NCBI RefSeq assembly: GCF_001194135.2
Contig: NC_068982.1
Coordinates: 111,749,475-111,803,901, forward strand
Reading direction: 5' to 3'
DNA length: 54,427 nucleotides
From: Octopus bimaculoides
Taxonomy: Eukaryota
Shown: in pieces, positions 52,301 through 54,427 of the stretch
How positions within the stretch are numbered: position 1 is the stretch's first letter
How the letters are laid out: each line of letters starts with the position of its first letter
Program-made: the position numbers and the translations under genes
Notes under the pieces: model-generated
Told to the model about the DNA's origin: nothing
Seen by the model: only the letters and a program-made list of their open reading frames with translations
Databases searched by the model: none

Positions 52301-52590
52301 TTGGATGGAATTTATAGATATTTAATGCATCGCTATGTGCGTTTCCACAAATCACATATCTCTTAAGATCACAGTCCATATTCCTGGGATGATTACTGTG
52401 TAGTCCGTAGCGTCCGTGGGCATCGGGTTGATCATCTTCACGGATTGATTTCTTCAACCGATATAGCATTAATGCGGATACTACGGACTGCACTGTAATT
52501 ATTCCAAGAATACGGATTCTGATGTTAAGAGACATGTAATTTGTAGAAACGGACGTAGCGAAGCATTAAATATTTATGAATTCCATCCAA
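52301..52590. repeat. 290-bp imperfect palindrome (foldback/MITE-like)
   Basis: 52301-52431 is the reverse complement of about 52454-52590; about 22-nt loop. Confidence 0.92.
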
Positions 52591-52802
52591 GGTTTGCGAA
52601 CTGACAGAATCGTTAGGACGCTGGACAAAATGCTTAGCGGTATTTCGTCCGTCGATATATTCCGAGTTCAAATTCCTCCGAGATCAACTTTGCCTTTCAT
52701 CCTTTCAGGGTCGATAAATTGACTACCAGTCAAGTATTGGGGTCGATGTGATCGACTGTCTCCAACCCTCAAATTCCAGGCCTTGTGCCTAAAGTAGAAT
52801 GG

Positions 52803-52815
<13 letters not shown>
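52591..52815 (+). mobile_element. tRNA-derived SINE (family 2)
   Basis: Head with gagttcaaattc (B-box-like), core ttgcctttcatcctttcagggtcgataaatt, 3' ggccttgtgcctaaagtagaatggattattatt. Confidence 0.85.
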
Positions 52816-52833
<18 letters not shown>

Positions 52834-53246
52834 GCCCCCTCCCTCGACACACGCATATATGTGTGTGCACTCGTATCTGTGTGTGTGTGTGTATGTTTGT
52901 GTTTGATTTTATGTCTCAATTTTGAAGTGGCATTAACATTTCTTTTTGTCAACTGATAACATCCCAGAAAATCAGTTAAGATTTTAACGGAAATACGGGA
53001 GACAATAGACAGTTAGCTTATATGGAAGGGAAATAACTCTTGTTACTTATTAAGTGTTGGTTTTTAACTTAGACCATAATTATTTCCTGTCATGCAAAAA
53101 GGAAAAAAAGAAAAAAAAAACAAAACAAATAACCCATACTCAACATGCTATTTGTGATGATCTTTAGCATGATCAAATGATATGCTGATCTCAGGACAAG
53201 TGCAGTGAAATTAAATTTGGTGTCTAATGTTATATATATAACATAT

Positions 53247-53672
53247 GCAGTCTTGGCTGTGTGGTAAAAATCTTGCTTCTCAACCACATAGTTCTAAGTT
53301 CAGTCCTACTGCATGATTCTTTGGGCAAGTGACTTCTAGTATAGCTTCGGACCGACCAGAGCCCTGTGAGTGGATTTGGTAGACGGAAACTGAAAGAAGC
53401 CTGTCTTATCATCATCATGTGTGTGTGTGTGTGTGTGTGTGTATATCTATGTGTTTGCGTCTTTGTGTCTGTCTTTTGTCCACTCACCGCTGCTTGACAA
53501 CCGGTGTTGGTGTGTTTACGTCCCGGTAACTTAACAATTCGACAAAAGAGATGGACAGAATAAGTACTAGGCTTTTAAAATATTAGACCTGCGGTCGATT
53601 TGTTTGATTGAAACCTTTGAAGGCGCTGCCCCAGTGTGGCCACAGTCAAACTGACTGAAACAAGTAAAAAAT
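53247..53672 (+). mobile_element. tRNA-derived SINE (family 1), near full length
   Basis: Co-linear with 916-1260, with an internal (TG)n. Confidence 0.85.
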
Positions 53673-53996
53673 ATATATCAGGCTGATTGCTATGGCCAGT
53701 CAGAGGATGACCATTGGTTTCGCTGAGATAAGAAATACTTTTAGTTTTATTTTGGTCGAGTCAGTCGTAACTTTGCTGAAGACCATGTGTACTCACAGAC
53801 GAAACTCAGAGTAGCAAGAGACTGACTGCATCAATATATATATATGCTCATACATAATAAAAATATACATATACTCATATTTTTAGTTCTATTTTTCCTG
53901 TTTGCATCAACATGCCTACACACGCACATATATATTAAAAAATTTCAACTACTGATATACATATACATACATACATACATACATACATACATACAT

Positions 53997-54078
<82 letters not shown>

Positions 54079-54427
54079 TACGGAGATGCACTTGCATAAC
54101 AAGTAACCTGATCTGAGATCGTGTGCTGGAACGAAAACAATTGCAGCGTGGAAGGTGTTTATAAGCCATTTAAAATAACACACAAAATCCGTTAGATTCA
54201 CTTCAACATTTAAATTTAATTTGTCAAAATATTTTCGTCGCTTTGAGACCGCGACCTGTTCACTGGTATATATAAAGTTAAAGAAGTGATTTTAAATCGT
54301 AGAATAATGCTAATAATATAGCCTGAACAGGATAAACTACCACTATTTTGCAGAGAAAAGTGTAGGTGTTCTTTAACTTTCTATAGACATCTCAACGCTT
54401 CTAAAAAAGCAAACTTCGTTTGTTTAT

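Noticed and set aside
52215-52535. 106-aa minus ORF
   Set aside because: Lies mostly within the foldback palindrome; no protein motif.
483-54169. Numerous long YI/HT/CV/poly-I/poly-N ORFs and ORFs spanning X runs
   Set aside because: Translations of (TA)n, (CA)n, (ATT)n, (GA)n microsatellites and N gaps.
54080-54270. CpG-rich segment that looks like an interspersed repeat
   Set aside because: Only one copy in the window and no diagnostic termini; cannot be supported without a search.

Overview
AT-rich, microsatellite-dense, gapped animal genomic DNA; the SINE families and repeat landscape resemble an Octopus assembly (inference). The one unambiguous gene is a minus-strand innexin. Its whole body lies in one exon (37398-36195) behind a phase-2 splice acceptor, so its N-terminus must come from an upstream exon. 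Two features of it stand out. First, its stop is TGA-CTAG, a known readthrough context, followed by a GC-rich 74-codon in-frame extension that ends on a TAA overlapping an AATAAA. Second, at least four separate upstream ATG mini-exons end in a phase-2 donor and would each splice in frame, suggesting a variable-N-terminus gap-junction locus. A second, multi-exon minus-strand gene not assembled by the ORF track (about 21.9-11.5 kb) can be chained by splice phase. It resembles the COR domain of ROCO/MFHAS1-like proteins and carries an in-frame TAG bracketed by GT..AG (15 nt). The rest is transposon debris (mariner, maT/DD37D, R4/Dong-type and L2/CR1-type LINEs, SINEs, a TA-flanked MITE, a 290-bp foldback, a 5S-derived fragment), simple repeats and N gaps. 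All family assignments come from motif recognition by eye, not database searches.
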